From contig OZ037768.1 in NCBI GenBank assembly GCA_964035545.1, positions 3,442,741 through 3,506,740 of the forward strand: a DNA stretch of 64,000 nt, written 5' to 3'. This stretch comes from Bugula neritina (Eukaryota; Animalia; Bryozoa). The notes under the pieces are model-generated. The model saw only the letters and a list, made by a program, of their open reading frames with translations, was not told where the DNA came from and did not search any database. The translations under genes and the position numbers were made by a program. Positions 1 to 15,600 of this stretch are shown here, one piece after another; position 1 is the first letter of the stretch; every line of letters starts with the position of its first letter.

Positions 1-3000
1 AGTTCAGCTGTAGAATAGATATTTTACTGAGGTCTGATGCATGTATTGAATATGCTTGCAGAATGTGATTTTTGCTCAGCCCAGATATGCAGAAAGAATT
101 TATCGAGGTCTTTTTAATAATATATGTGGGCAAGATGAAAGCCTGTTGCCCGACATTTTCAGGCTGGAACTGAGCAGCGTTTTATGATGACACATCAGTT
201 CAGAGGCTGCCAATTCGTACATCAGATCGATGCAGCGGAACTTGTGAATATTTGGTCACATATTTCGTTATATGTAGCATATTTCATCACAAATGTTGCA
301 TTATTAGCAAAACCCTTAGCATAACAAAAATACCCGCTTGACATAGCAATTTATAAAAGTTGATGACGGAAGACGAGGTATGGAGTATTTGCTATTTATT
401 AGAGTTTAGGCTGCGAAATCGAAAGCATAATGTAATTATTGCAGCCAGCAGAATTCTATATTTACTGGCTATACAGCAGTGCTTGGTGACTATTACCAAA
501 TAATGTCATATTTACAACATCATCTATTGATTCCAAAACAGGAAACTCCCATGGTCAGTATTTGAGATGAGTTTAAAAAACAGACACAAGTTCAACTTGA
601 TGTCTCATTAGATGACTACTAAAGTAGAACTGTTTAACTCCTCTATGGGCTATATTTCATTCCCAGTCATGAAAAATATCTATAATGGGTTTGTCATAGA
701 CATTTACAATATATAGCTATAAATATAACCATGAACTTATAATTTTGCACAAATTGCTATATCAAAAATATAGCAAATTTAAAAATAACCCATAGTTATG
801 TGTGTGAAAGAGCCACATCTATCTTAGAAACATGATTGAGTTCAGGAACCTCTAACTCATCACTGTATGATTAGATGTGAAATCAGACTAAAACCTGTTT
901 ACAATGAACCTAAAGTGAAACTTTCCATACAGGAAGTAACTTATCAGTAATCTATTATCAGAACGAATCTAGAAAAAAATAAAATACCCCAACAGTTTAC
1001 AAATCCTTCCCAAGGGCAATATGTAACTGAACCCACTAAACAGACAACAGCAAAGAAAATTCATTGAAATATACTTTGAAAATTCAACAAAACTAAAGAA
1101 CATATTCAATGTCCTAGAATTTTCTAAAAAATACCTCTAACTCATCAACATCTTACCATGGAGCAACTCTAAATCTAATAAAAGATTTCTTATGCACATA
1201 ACAATTTCACACAGACTAGCAATACCTACCTGAAAATGTTGAAAGATTTTAACAAACATGGTTAAATTGAATTATTATCAGTTGAATCAAACACCATCTT
1301 ATGACTCTAATCATCAAATTTATTTTTGGATGTTTGAAGTATGAGTTACTTGATCAAGGGCGTTACTTGAAGGGAATAAGTATAGATATAGATTTCCCTA
1401 TATATAGCATGCAGTGCACGTATAACTTCCTTATCAATGTGAATTATAATTTAAAATATATGGCTATATGAATCCTAGTTCCATGAGATAAAAGATCTTT
1501 GCCAAATCATCAGCTGTGAGTAATTTCAACACTTCTTAAAAGTTACATGACTAAGGAGTTTGTATTGTTCACTGATAACAATGCATGACTCAGAAAAAGT
1601 TGTGGAATAAAACCAGCTTGTTGCGTGTTATAATATCACATGAAGATAGTGTGGCACTTCCTTTCTGTTGGTTAATCTTTGACCATCTAAGACTTTATCA
1701 CTTTAATGAGGATTGTAATTTAGCTTAGGCAGCAATAGCAATTTCCTGTCAGCAGTTGATAAGGATGACTAAGTATTATTGTAGCATTTACATTCCACAT
1801 GTACTAATAACTTCTACAGGGTATAAAGATACTAAATTGAATTTCCAGTAACTACTTTATTAGTCATATAATGCTATAATTGGAATGGGAAAAAAGTATA
1901 TATATGTATATAACAATAGTACATTTACATAGCGATATAATATGCTAGTACCATATAATTATGTTATTCTATTATACAAGATAGAGCACATAGAACATGA
2001 TATTAAATAGAAGATGGAGTAAAAGGACTATTAACTAGCACAAAAATTATCCACTAAAATGATGCTGCATACAATTACATTGTGACATACTAAATGAGTG
2101 ATTCAAGCATATGATTATTCAAGTCTGTAACTAAAGCATAGGAGCAAGGTCACTAAACATGACTAAAATCTAAACCACTTTGTTATCAAGTAGACCATGT
2201 TTTCACTATGTTAGACTGTAGATGGTGTTCATAAATTGAAAAACGTATGATATCTATATTTTATTTATTCACAATGTTGAATCATGGAATCATCATTAAT
2301 ATTAGAAGTGGTATTGAACTGATATACTTGGAGTCACCTTTTTGGCTAAAATGCAATTTATTCATACTATAAAGGCCACACCAAAAGTTAGGTCAGAATA
2401 TTATGTTTCAACTACATGAATAATTTGGCTGTATTCACATGGATATGAAATAGCTCCACTTCCAATAGCTCAAGCTATACCTAAGCTACACCTAAGCTTT
2501 GATAGATTGAATGCTTATCAGAAAGTCTGTTGTGCTTGGAAAGCCCTTATCAGGAAATGGAATGATAAATTCTGCCATCTTTCCATATCTTACAGTAAAT
2601 TTACCAACATCCGACCGTTGGAACTATATTATCGTTACAGCGATTACATTTGGAAAACCCCTCAAATTCACATGAGCATTTGTGTAATAAAACAAACTGT
2701 GAAGTGGCTCAGTGATATTTTACTGTACAGCAGTTTTAATAGGTAAATGCATCTATCATTATGTATTACAAACAAATTGTATTAATCACAATGAACCTTT
2801 AGTAATATATTATCATTATAGGCTAAGTATAACTATATTTTAAGAAACGCACTTTAAAATGTTCAAAATTTGAATATTACATGGTAATAGAAGGGTCCTA
2901 GCCCGGACAGCACCACTGAGATTAGCAATGTGGGGCAAACCCTTGTTCACTACACCACCAACCCCCCCCCCCCCCCCCCACAAGTTCAGACAGAGGTTAA

Positions 3001-3684
3001 AAAGGGATTTTATTAAGCGCTCACTCCGGGATAAACAGTGAATATTTGAAGTTTTTAGTTAATAGCCACTACTTTGCTGGCCTAATATCACAGGTAATGC
3101 AGTACATGCATATATTCTATTCAACACTTTTATATGACTTTGTTGTTAGTCATTGGTGAATAATTATATTATTTCATCAATATAAAATTATGTAATATTA
3201 TAATTTGTAATATATTATAATATAATGCATAATATGAAATAAGTAAAAAATATACTTCATGTTAAGTAAGAGGTATTAAAATGACTAAATGACAAAACAA
3301 GTATTGTTAGTCATCTAGATGATTGTATGTAGCTATGCTACCAGCCAGCATATTACTTTAACTGATATAATAATCATATTATTACCTTGGTCATGTCATA
3401 TTGATGGTTATAACCATCTAAAATAAAATTTGGACAAAAGGACAGAATAAAAATCCTAAATAAAAATCTAAGTAAACATTACCAGCAAATAAATGCATAT
3501 ACCAGCTCTGTAGCAGATAAAAAATGACTGCAATTTTCACAAAAGGGTATTCACCACAAAAAGCACCAATAACCGAGTTTTAGGAACAGAAATATCTACT
3601 CTACTCTGTCTCACAGTTGAAGTTATTCTTCATCAGTCAATAAATAAAAATACATATCACAAATTTTAATGAAGTAACACAATG

Positions 3685-6600
3685 TTAGAGTACGCTGTCA
3701 CGTATGGCAGCACCGAGTTGACCATTGTCAGCGGTTAGCAACTCCTTAGTAAGTTCAGTTAGACCGAGACTCTGGGCTAGTTTGTACTTGGAGACGACAT
3801 CCTTGCAGTAGAAGAGCAGCTTCTTGAGGTGAGAGTTCATAGGACCCGTACGAGTCACATCAGTTCTTAGCTGGAACCTGGGAGAGGAATACAGACTAAT
3901 ACAGACACACTCACTAGTAAAATCAGTCAGTGAGCATTTAGGAGCAGTAGTGGATTGAGATAGCTTAAGTTCTTTAATTTTATTATTAAATTTTGGTTTA
4001 GGGGTGAAGGTTGAAATTGTTGCCAGAACATGACCTCTTTTGCTACATTTGTAAGCTAGAACACAGGCTTTTCCCAATTTCTCCATTACTGCACCTGTCA
4101 ACAATACTATTAGATAGTAACACTGACTACCTGTAAGTGGATGTCAGTATTATTCAAAGTTCCAAGGATTCATTCAACAAAATTGCTCGCTACAAACTAT
4201 TTTAGTAGCTCAGCCCCCCACCCCCCCCCCCCGCACACCAATGACCTTAGCCGTAGTGCTTCTGCTTAAAAGCAAAACCAAAAAAGAAACTTTTCTTACA
4301 CAAAGTTGAAAAGGTGCTACACTTAACTGCAGATAAAAACAGACTCACCTCTGCACGACTTCCGTAATTAGAGAGGAAGTTAGCGGCAAAGTCTTGCTAA
4401 ACTCGGAGAGGAATTTCAAGTCTCCCCGGATCAGCACGTTGTTACAGAGCGCTGCGGCCCAGAAGTTCTTGTTGTACGCATCTGACACGGTGTACGTCTG
4501 CAAATCATCAATCTTCCAGAATTATCGGTATAGTGAACAAAATGCTAGTTAACATCAACCAAAAACTCCCCATTACTATTTCCTTTGTGTTATACTGTCT
4601 AATATACAGCCGAGAGTGAATTTCAACACATAGTACTGTACATTAGTCCATACAAATGGCAAGGTAATGCTGTATATGTCGAGAATTATAGTAAATTGTA
4701 GTAATATAATCTACACGATAACATACAGAATGTTAGACATCATTGTATATTTAGACTCAAGATCTCAGCCAAGTGTAATAATAGTGCAGGTGAGGTGACT
4801 ACTATCTGCTTACATGCTTACATGGGGCAACCATGTCATAATAATATTAGTAAAGAAACAATAACTACATCAATACTGGTATATTGCCAAATTAGTTAGA
4901 GATCAATAAACAGGAAGTGGTTAAATGGTGACACAACTACTTGACCTAACGGCTTTAACTAGTAACTACTCAATAATCACCAATGAATAGTGCTCAAGTC
5001 ATAAAACTTGGCCAACTAAAGTTCATTAATTACGGAGCAAGCCCTTACAGTTGAATAAATCAAAAGCTGAATACAGAAATATGCTGGCTCCCAGGGAATC
5101 CTAAAGCCCTTTGAAACTGCCACTATAAAAACTACAGAGATGATGAGCTTTGCAATGATCAGATACACTTTAGAAATCCATCACAATCAGTTGTGAGAGA
5201 GCAGAGTTGGCCAGTAAATGGTCACGCTATAATACAAGTAAGAAAACGCACATATTCTTGACATGAGACACCCCACATAGACTGCCAGTAACCACCTGCA
5301 ACCACCTGTCAGTGTTTACTAGTAAAGAGAAACACCAAATAGCATTCACACCTGGAGCAACATCATAGCGTGTGTAGGAAATGGTGATTAATAGGACAAA
5401 CAGACAGACATGCCCACCTCGTAAAACTTGTCATGGTTTTCTATGAATGATTTCACATCAGCAGGTTCCAAGTTGATCACATGAACTCCAGAAGATACGA
5501 GCGAGTGTTGTAGAAAGACAAGTCGGGCTTGTTTGATGCAGCTTTGAGCATGTCTAAGACACTGGCCCTACAGAGTGTATGGAATTCAGGTTATAATGCA
5601 ATTCAATAATATTCTGTAATACTAAACCAAAATTAGATCAGGTATCAACAAGCGTATGCCCTCATGCGTCTATCATGACTGTATATCTTATAAACATGTT
5701 GACAACATAGCAACACGTAGTAATGTATAACAACACTAAAACTCATAGGAGTACTACAGTTATATGTATCGAGATAAACTTATTAGTCAAGAAAAACTTT
5801 GAATTTAAAAAATATGTTGTTTCAAGTAAATATTTTGTAGTAATAGTTGTTTTGTAGTACAAACACATTGCATAACACATTATTGTTTGATCTGATATTG
5901 CAATCATGTAGAAGCTAGTCAAGACAATTATATAGAAACAAACAGTTCAAGTGAACGAAATATACACATTATATTTCATGATGAGCATTACACATTTCAT
6001 AACCACTTGACAAAACCTAAGCGTCAACTGTGTGCTTATTATGCTTTGAATATGTTTTTCATTGTAATTTGAAGAATCAGAATACAAAATAGTATAAATG
6101 CAAGCAGCTTGAGCCATGAGTGTTGATAACATCTGGAAATCAAACAGTATTGAATACACACCATTTTCCCATCTAAATCTATTAGTGTGTCCAACTATGA
6201 GTTTAATTCAATTGATGTCTAAAACTTTAGCTCTCTAATCTCTAGTATCAAGCAGTATAGATACTCTATATTATTTATTAGCGCTAATTTTTTTTCTGTT
6301 TTTGTATCTATTCAATATATTATTTTGTCTGGCAAAAAGCAAGGTCATGTTTACAAAAATAATAGTAGCAAGTGTTATTTTCGTTTTAGACTGTCTAAGC
6401 ATATAAAAGCTACTCCTGCTTGAGTTTTAAAATTATTCAAAAGCCATAGTTCTGAAAATTTTAGTATAACTTGAATTATGTTAGCTAAAGTTTGCATTTT
6501 CTGACACAAAGAAAGCAGCTAGTAAAATTTCTTCAAAATTACAACAGAGAACAAAAAATAACACAAATAGTAAATATACAACAGACAAATAACAATTGAA

Positions 6601-9600
6601 AAAGTATTATGAGTAACCCGAGTGCTGTAAGTGTAAAATACAACAGTTCAGTTTTCCTGACATGTGTAAATAAATAATAGGTGATATAAATCCAGGTGAT
6701 GGGATGTAGAAGAGTTGACATGAACTAACACAGATGATGGGATGTAGAAGAGTTGACATGAACTAACACAGATGATGGGATGTAGAAGAGTTGACATGAA
6801 CTAACACAGATGATGGGATGTAGAAGAGTTGACATGAACTAACACAGATGATGGGATGTAGAAGAGTTGACATGAACTAACACAGGTGATGGGATGTAGA
6901 AGAGTTGACATGAACTAACACAGAAATAGCTATATGAAACACATATGCAGCTGATGCAAATCACCAAGTATTCTATGTTTATCTAGCACATGTGCTCTGA
7001 ATAAAATAAACATCTTTTCAATATTAAAAGCTAAAGATTAATCACTTCAATCATAAAAATGACTTTATTTGGCTAAACCACATAATCTCATTACTCAGAA
7101 ATCCTCATTGCAAAATAATTATATTAATTCATTTCATTTGATGAATGTTCTTTGCCTGACCTACTATAATGTACCATGTAGAAAATACTAGAACACCATT
7201 CAGAATGTTATTCAGTACTAGAGGGGCTGAAGTGTTGCCCAACATGATTGACAAAGCAGGACTTCCTTGAATATGATTAATTTAAACCAAATATAGTAGA
7301 ATAGTAGTCCAGAAATTAATAATACTATAATAATGGTCATGAATAATGATGTGTAAATTAGTTTAGCATACAATGACAGTTGAATACAGTTGCAGTGTAT
7401 AATGTACTACACAGCATCTTTAGTGTATATTACTGCATCTTTAGAGTATATTACTGCATCTTTAGTGTATATTACTGCATCTTAAGTGTATATTACTGCA
7501 TCTTTAGTGTGTATTACTGCATTTTTAGTGTATATTACTGCATTTTTAGTGTATATTACCGCATCTTTAGTGTATATTACTGCATCTTTAGTGTATATTA
7601 CTGCATTTTTAGTGTATATTACCGCATCTTTAGTGTATATTACTGCATCTTTAGTGTATATTACTGCATCTTTAGTGTATATTACTGCATCTTTAGTGTA
7701 TATTACTGCATTTTTAGTGTATATTACCGCATCTTTAGTGTATATTACTGCATCTTTAGCGTATATTACTGCATCTTTAGAGTATATTACTGCATCTTTA
7801 GTGTATATTACTGCATCTTTAGTGTGTATTACTGCATCTTTAGTGTATATTATTGCACCTTTAGTGTGTATTACTGCATCTTTAGTGTATATTACCGCAT
7901 CTTTAGTGTATATTACTGCATCTTTAGTGTATATTACTGCATCTTTAGTGTATATTACTGCATCTTTAGTGTATATTACTGCATCTTTAGTGTATATTAC
8001 TGCATTTTTAGTGTATATTACCGCATCTTTAGTGTATATTACTGCATCTTTAGTGTATATTACTGCATCTTTAGAGTATATTACTGCATCTTTAGTGTAT
8101 ATTACTGCATCTTTAGTGTGTATTACTGCATCTTTAGTGTATATTACTGCACCTTTAGTGTGTATTACTGCATCTTTAGTGTATATTACTGCATCTTTAG
8201 TGTATATTACCGCATTTTTAGTGTATATTACTGCATTTTTAGTGTATAGAATTACAGCTATTGTAAATTTTAAAACAGCTAAAATTTGAATCTGATACAA
8301 TAGCATGAGAACTTTTTCAAAATTCATTAACCTGAAGCCAGTCAAAAGACGACTAGCTTTGTAGAGAAGAAAGAGAGAAAGACTGACTAGCTGTGTAAAG
8401 AAGAAAGAGAGAAAGACTGACTAGCTGTGTAAAAAAGAAAGAGAAAAAGACTGACTAGCTGTGTAGAGAACAACAGGGCCAAAGGTTACATTGCAAGGTA
8501 TTAGACTCACTTCGATGTAGATTTCAGCCGCATCTGTTAGATTCTTCTGTATATCAGTCAGTTGGCTAGAAAGCTGGTCTACAATAACAGAAGTGCTTAT
8601 GCAGGTACATTGTGACCATAACTGTATATGCTGTTAATATCACCACCAACTACCTGCAAGTACTTGTCAAGGAGATGAGTCATGCCATATGTCTAGTATT
8701 ACTCATACAGCCATGTCGCAATGGCGGTGACAGGAATAGGAAAAATATAAGTGAAAGATGATTTATTATGCATAATATGACAACATTTAGTTCCTGCTGC
8801 TTTTGTTTTATATGCTAACTACACAGGGTATTGGTGATAAAGTGACATGCCATGTGGTTAAGAGCATAAGCTTACCCACTAATCCAAGGAACCAGCAGTT
8901 TTCATTGTTATTTACAGGAATATGTGCAATAGATGAAAGGTTTTTTTGCACATCTATATATACACATATAATATACGGAATGCTACAGTGACACAGCTAG
9001 TGTATGCTATATACCGGTATGCTTCATGGTGGAGGGCTTCAGCTTCCGCAGCTTCTTCAACGCAGATTGTTCCAAAAGTTGTGCGATTTCTCTGTACATG
9101 GCAAAGTGGGAAGACACAACTCTATATATGTCATTATCTCCCGGACAAAACCGCCTCAAGTAGTCCAGCACAGCCAGTTTTAGCTTACTATCCTGTGAAG
9201 TATTTAACCAAGATATGCCGTGCTTTTATGAGATAACAAAGAATCTAAAACTTCTAAAGAATCAGTAAGAATTTTCATAATTGATTTGTACTTTTGGCTA
9301 ATTTAAAACTATAATTAAATCTTTCGATTTCAAACACGACTTTTAACCTTTGGCATTCCTTTTCTGAAGAGAAGTTCAAACTGATGGTTTTGCTTGAGAG
9401 TGTCAAATATATACGTCATTTCACTGAATCTGCCAATTTCTATAAGCATGTGAACCTAAAAAGAGCATACACGCCACCTAGAAGATACTGAGAGAAGACA
9501 AGTCTTGTAATAGTCACAACATAAACAGACCTGGATTTGAATAGCATGCAGCCCCTGTGTGTTTTACAGCTCAAGACATTGAATGATCCATGAGACAAGC

Positions 9601-12600
9601 TAGATCAGTAACAGAGTGAGACTACAATGAGTAAAGTAAGGGTTAGGTAGCTGGATAGAGACAAACCATGAGAGGGTAGTGAGATACTTCATCTATCTGT
9701 GCGGCACAAGTCCTACAGGCTCTCAGCACTCTGGAGATCCCCTCCATGTCGTACGCACAGGAGTAGGCGTCATGCGAGAGAATTAGTAACTCCAACTTCA
9801 CCACAAGCTCTACAAATCCACCAGATGCACCACAGAATATATAAAATACATAAATTCTCAGAACAGTTGAAGAGCTAATTCATATTATTCACGGAGATCA
9901 CTTTTCACAACTCGTTGATGTTAGTGTTGAACTACAGCAGTACGAGCAAGTTAGAGTTGTCTACCCACTCACTTAGCTTTACGTCGGAATCGTCAATGCT
10001 TATGGTCGTAGCCTGTTCCAACAGAGACTCGCCAAAGATTGTCTGATCAACAAAGAGTTGTATCAGCTGTTTATACTCTTTGCCTGCCTTCATACACTCT
10101 TCCACAGCTACAGATGTCAACTCTGTTGCAACATCTGTAAACATTTCATCAGCTACATTGAAACACACCTTGCAAAAACCTAGCAGACCTTTTAGTTTAC
10201 CGTCAACATAATTTTGTGGCAGTATTTAAACTACTTGCCCATTTTGTCATCGAGTCCAGCCAAGGCCCGCAGTGAGTTAGTAACATTGCTAGCCAGAAAT
10301 GAGGCTATGTCAGAGTCACTGAGGGAGCAGGTGTTGATATACTCCAAGGCCAGTTCGAATCTGTTGGACAGCTACAGTAATGGAAACAAACAATGTATTA
10401 ACTCGAAAATTGATCCAACGCTTGCAATACATCCTTTATAAAATTTTAAATTATTGTATGATATGCAAGAGTAGGTAAAGAAAGTTTGATGGTACAAGAA
10501 GATAAAACTATTTAATAGACTGGTGAAGCCGGACAAATGACTTCTGAAAGATTATGGGACCTCATTACCGGACAGAAGCTAGACTGTGCTAACACATCTT
10601 TAGTGATGGACACTGATACAAATATACTAAAGTTAAACATACTGGGCTGGGAGTGATAGAGTAGAATATGGAGGTAGACTAGATAGCTATATGATATATT
10701 ATAATACTATATAATGTATTATGATGCTATATGATATATTATGATACCACATGATATATTATGATACTATATGATATATTATGATACTATATGATATATT
10801 ATGACACTATGTGATATATAATGATATTATACATCTAGAGAGTTATATGATATATTATGATACCACATGATATATTATGATACTATATAATATATTATGA
10901 TACTATATGATATACTATGATACTATATGATATACTATGATACTATATGATATACTATGATACTATATGATATATTATGATACTATGTGATATATAATGA
11001 TATTATACATCTAGAGAGTTATATGATATATTATGATACCACATGATATATTATGATACTATATAATATATTATGATACTATATGATATATTATGATACT
11101 ATATGATATATTATGATACTATATGATATATTATGATACTATATGATATACTATGATACGATATGATATATTATGATACTATATGATATACTATGATACT
11201 ATATGATATACTATGATACTATATGATATATTATGATACTATATGATATATTATGACACGATACGCACATTACTGTTAAGTAGTTGCTTAAGCAGACTGT
11301 ATTCTGACTGGAGCATCACTTCTCTATAGGATTGTTTCAACGCCTGCAAGACAACAGAGAAATGTTGTAACAACCACATTAGCTGGGAGAATCCATTTTA
11401 ATACTAGTAGAGAAATGCGCAAGAATTAATACAAGGAAATGGTTCCTTTGAAGCCTTTTACAGCGCACACAGATTAGAGTAATTGGAAAGCTGTACAAAA
11501 CTTGCTTACAAAAGTGAAAAACATAATGGTTACACACTTGTATGTTACAAGGCACTATATTATGTTATAAGCTAGCTATATATATACCTTTATTTATACC
11601 GTTTGATGCATATTATTATACAAAATTAAATAGGAAACTTCCAAGACTGTGATTAATATGAGAAAAATATCTTCCTCTAGACATCATGTCACTATTACCT
11701 TTTCATATTAGCATTTATATTTAGACATCATTTTCACTATTACCTTTTCATATTAGTATTTATATTTAGACATCATGTTACTTATACCTTTTCATATTAG
11801 TACTGGTATTTGGTATTTTAAAAACCAGAGAGGAGAAAAACTGAACGAAATAATATAAAACTGAACAGAGTAACATAAATCTGTAGTACTTACTAGGGCT
11901 ATAGCATAGCAACTGACAATTTTCTCACAAGGCATGACACCGTGACGACATTTCCCCGACAGTTTACGCATATAGACTAAATTCTCATCTGATTGGAAAG
12001 GAGAGTCTTCTTCTCTAGCTGGGAAATAGTTTTCTACTGTAAATATATTACTAGACATATATTTACTTTGTAAACTTACAGCATAACTACTACATGAGCA
12101 CACAATTACTACATGAGCACACAATTACTACACGAGCACACAACTACTGCATGAGCACACAACTACTACATGAGCACACAACTACTACACGAGCACACAA
12201 CTACTACATTAAGAATACGCATACGCCAAGACACGCACCACTAGACACAGTGAGCAGATAACTCTGACTAAGACTGGCTGATCTTTTTACAGGAGACTGC
12301 ATAGCATATAGAGACTTTACTTTTTCATCCAGATTTGCGGGATCCAGTAGCTTCATTGCCATGCCCATACACACCTGCCAGGTAAACCAATTAGTAATTT
12401 CATGTGTTGATGAGATAGAAATACCATTATTACATATGTCTGCGAATAGGTAAAGAAGAGCAGGGTTTGGATGGCATAACTAACTTACTGCTAGTAGGTA
12501 TATTAGAAGAGATAAGTAAAGCCGCTGGTAGAGTCTGCATTTAAAGTTGAACTGATTCATTGTATCAATTTCGAGTACACAACAAACAGTATGACAAGTT

Positions 12601-15600
12601 ATATTAGCAATTCTGAACAAATGTTCCCATGTCAACACAGACTTCTAGAGCGTATTTATGTGAGCATAAAGTAACTGACCAGTACAACCACCAGATCCTG
12701 TGTCGTGCATCCGTATTCCATCGACACCTGGCACGCTTCATCTACTTGAAACTCGTCCAATAATTGACCAATCAGCTTTTGCACTGCCACATCCACTTCC
12801 TGTATAGAAGTAAACAATAACCTTGAGTTCAACACACCACCAGGTATGTCATACAGTCATTGCCTGAAATGTACTTTTTATGGTGGATTTATTCAAGGTA
12901 AAAGACAAACCTTTGAGGATGTGGAACTATCATCCCGTTTCTCTAGCAGTTTGAGAAAATCTTCATACTTGTATTGACTGAGCAGGAACTGTGTCTTGTC
13001 AATCGACACAGAAACAGACGGTCTGCCTGAGGGTTCACTTGGAGTTGTCTCATCAACAGAGTCTTTCTGTAACATAAAACATGTCATAATTGTATAAGAG
13101 ATGCGGCTGAACAAAAAATAGATGATAGAAAAATGAAGGGGAAAAGATTTGTTAGTCAGGCATACAGCTCAACAGTTATCTACTCTGTCTGATAATTTTC
13201 TGTAAACTAAAATGAAAATTTAATCTTGATTTTTTGTTTCACATCACAATAATATGATGAAAGATAAATTATACAAGACTACACACACTGCTAGTGCACA
13301 AAGATCATAATGCTAGGTGAAATGTTCTTAGGATTGAAATGCAAATTATATTGCATTGAGCTATAAGAAAATACCAAAAATTCAAATCTTAATGTCACAT
13401 TCCACTCCTTCTAAATTAGCTAATGACACTTGAGCAAACAAAAGTTTCATCTCCGAAGTGGCTGTTTAAAGATTGCAACAATAACAAAAAGATATTCCAA
13501 CATATTGGAATAACAATGAAGCAAGGAGTTATTGCCTCTCTGCAAGACATGAGCAAGATGTTCACAAGTTATACAAACCTTGGACAACAGATAGTCAATT
13601 TTACTCTGCCACACTAATTTCTGTAGTCTGTGAAGATTGTTAGATTCAAAGGCTGTAGGGGCCTGCTTCATCCATTTCAGGGCATACTCCCCCAGTTTGA
13701 TTTTATCTGGCAAGCTAGAACTCAGTGTAGCCTGCGTCTATAATATACAATACAAATAGAGCACACAAACTAGCAGAACTTGGTATTTAATAATAAACAT
13801 AGATTTAGTATACATGGTATTAAAGGTAAAGGAAACAGTTGTAATAGTATGCAGAATTACCATGCAGTAATGCAACACTTTACCAGTGTGAAAACTTTCA
13901 CTAAAATACCTCAAAATAATTAGAACATTTCTCAGCTTCCACATCGTATTTCACACATTTATCATAGCACTGTTTCCAGAAGCTGGAGTGATCTTCCTGA
14001 AGGGACCAAAGAGGTTGCGCCTTCATGTGCTGCACGTCACTAATGAGCTGTAACCAATATATATATGCTATGGTAGAATTATAATCAATCTCACAATATT
14101 CAGTAAATAGTTTTCTCAAATACGCATAGCTATATAATATGTGACCACTATCTGCAACAACAGCATATCTCATCTCTCAACTCTGATAGAGACATTACAA
14201 TATTATTAGACAAAAGACATAATTTACAAAGGAATCATCACATCTTCTCCAAATTTGGAACAATCAACTAAAAGCAAAACATCGCTTTATGTGGTTAATA
14301 TACGCCCATGATTATATACATGTTCAGTGCACTGAGATAAAATAACTCTGAATACGACAAACATAATGTATATTTTTAGTGTAATAGAATAACAGACAGC
14401 TGTATACCTCTTGCACTGTGACTAGCCCGGGTTTCAAGTCACACGACAAAGATAACTGTCGGGCTTTACTAAACTCCTGCCTACTTTCTAGTAGTTGAAC
14501 GACGTACTTCACCTCATCAATGCACTGATAAGATATTAGTTTAGATCTGTCTACCGCAGGTAAGTGAAGATCATAGGCTACTCTATATACTCTGTAGGCG
14601 TCACTGAAGTTCACTCCTGTGTGATGGAAAGCACGTACATCAATGAGTCAATATCAGAGCAAAACGGGCATCAAATACGTCATTGGTTATACCACAATTG
14701 AGCAGCCATCAAAATAGTTAGTTCAAAATACAACAGGCATTATAGAAACTATAGATTAACTTGGAATAATTTTTAAGCATTCTTTTATGTTTTAGTATTA
14801 CTCAATCGCAAGTTAGAATAAAAATACAACATAAGTATCGATATGTACACTGCATAGTTTATTAGCAAATGGGAAGGTAATGCACTTTCCATTAGTAATA
14901 TAAATATTAAATATGAAATTTATTACACAGTTGGGGATATTTGCTAGCTTTATGCAATGACAGAGCAGTTGTTCCAATGACAGATCATATGTACTCTCTT
15001 TTGTCACATATATAGCAATCAGCAAAACACATTTTGTTGATTGCTATTCATATAATTTATATACACATTTTGGCAAAGTAATTTAAATTTTTGGCTGCAA
15101 TGTCCAACACATACATGGAGGTGGGTGTCTAGACATGCTTGCTAATTTGTTACTAGAATAGACAAAATATAACAGACTAACGTTTATCGTTGAAGATGGT
15201 TTTGAGATTAGCTTCATCCAGTAAGTGTAGAAACCGCTCACAGAGAAAACTGTTGACGTGCTGTATGCAAGACCGAATTATGAGAACAGAAAGGTCAACT
15301 AGTTGGGTCAATGACAGCGTATTTTCCTTAGAGCTGCCCGACAGCGTAATCTGCAGTAAGACATAAGAGTACAATCTGCAGTAAAACACAACAGTGAAAT
15401 AAATGTGCAGTAAAACATGCAAGTAAATGGTTTATTATGTGCTATTTTAGTAGAAAGGATAACAGCAATAAAGACATGTAATAAAAGAGATCGTAATAAC
15501 AGCAATGTTAATATAATATTAAAATTATAATAGAATTTTAATTTGAATGATGCAAGACTCCAGCAGGGTAGAACAGGAAAAAGGCTGGTTTAAATGAGGA

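Noticed and set aside
1-530. Possible non-autonomous DNA transposon remnant
   Set aside because: Slightly higher CpG content, but the left end is outside the window and no TIR, TSD or second copy is visible.
2507-2746. 79-aa ORF and other short ORFs antisense to exons (e.g. 8946-9236, 10214-10441, 29588-29851, 57098-57328)
   Set aside because: No homology cues; most are shadow ORFs opposite real exons.
6693-6923. 38-bp repeats resembling CRISPR repeats in length
   Set aside because: Head-to-tail with no spacers, no cas genes, and located in a eukaryotic intron.
7380-8345. Three long ORFs (267-289 aa) of 7-aa repeats
   Set aside because: By-products of a stop-free 21-bp minisatellite inside an SPG11 intron; open on both strands with no unique domain.
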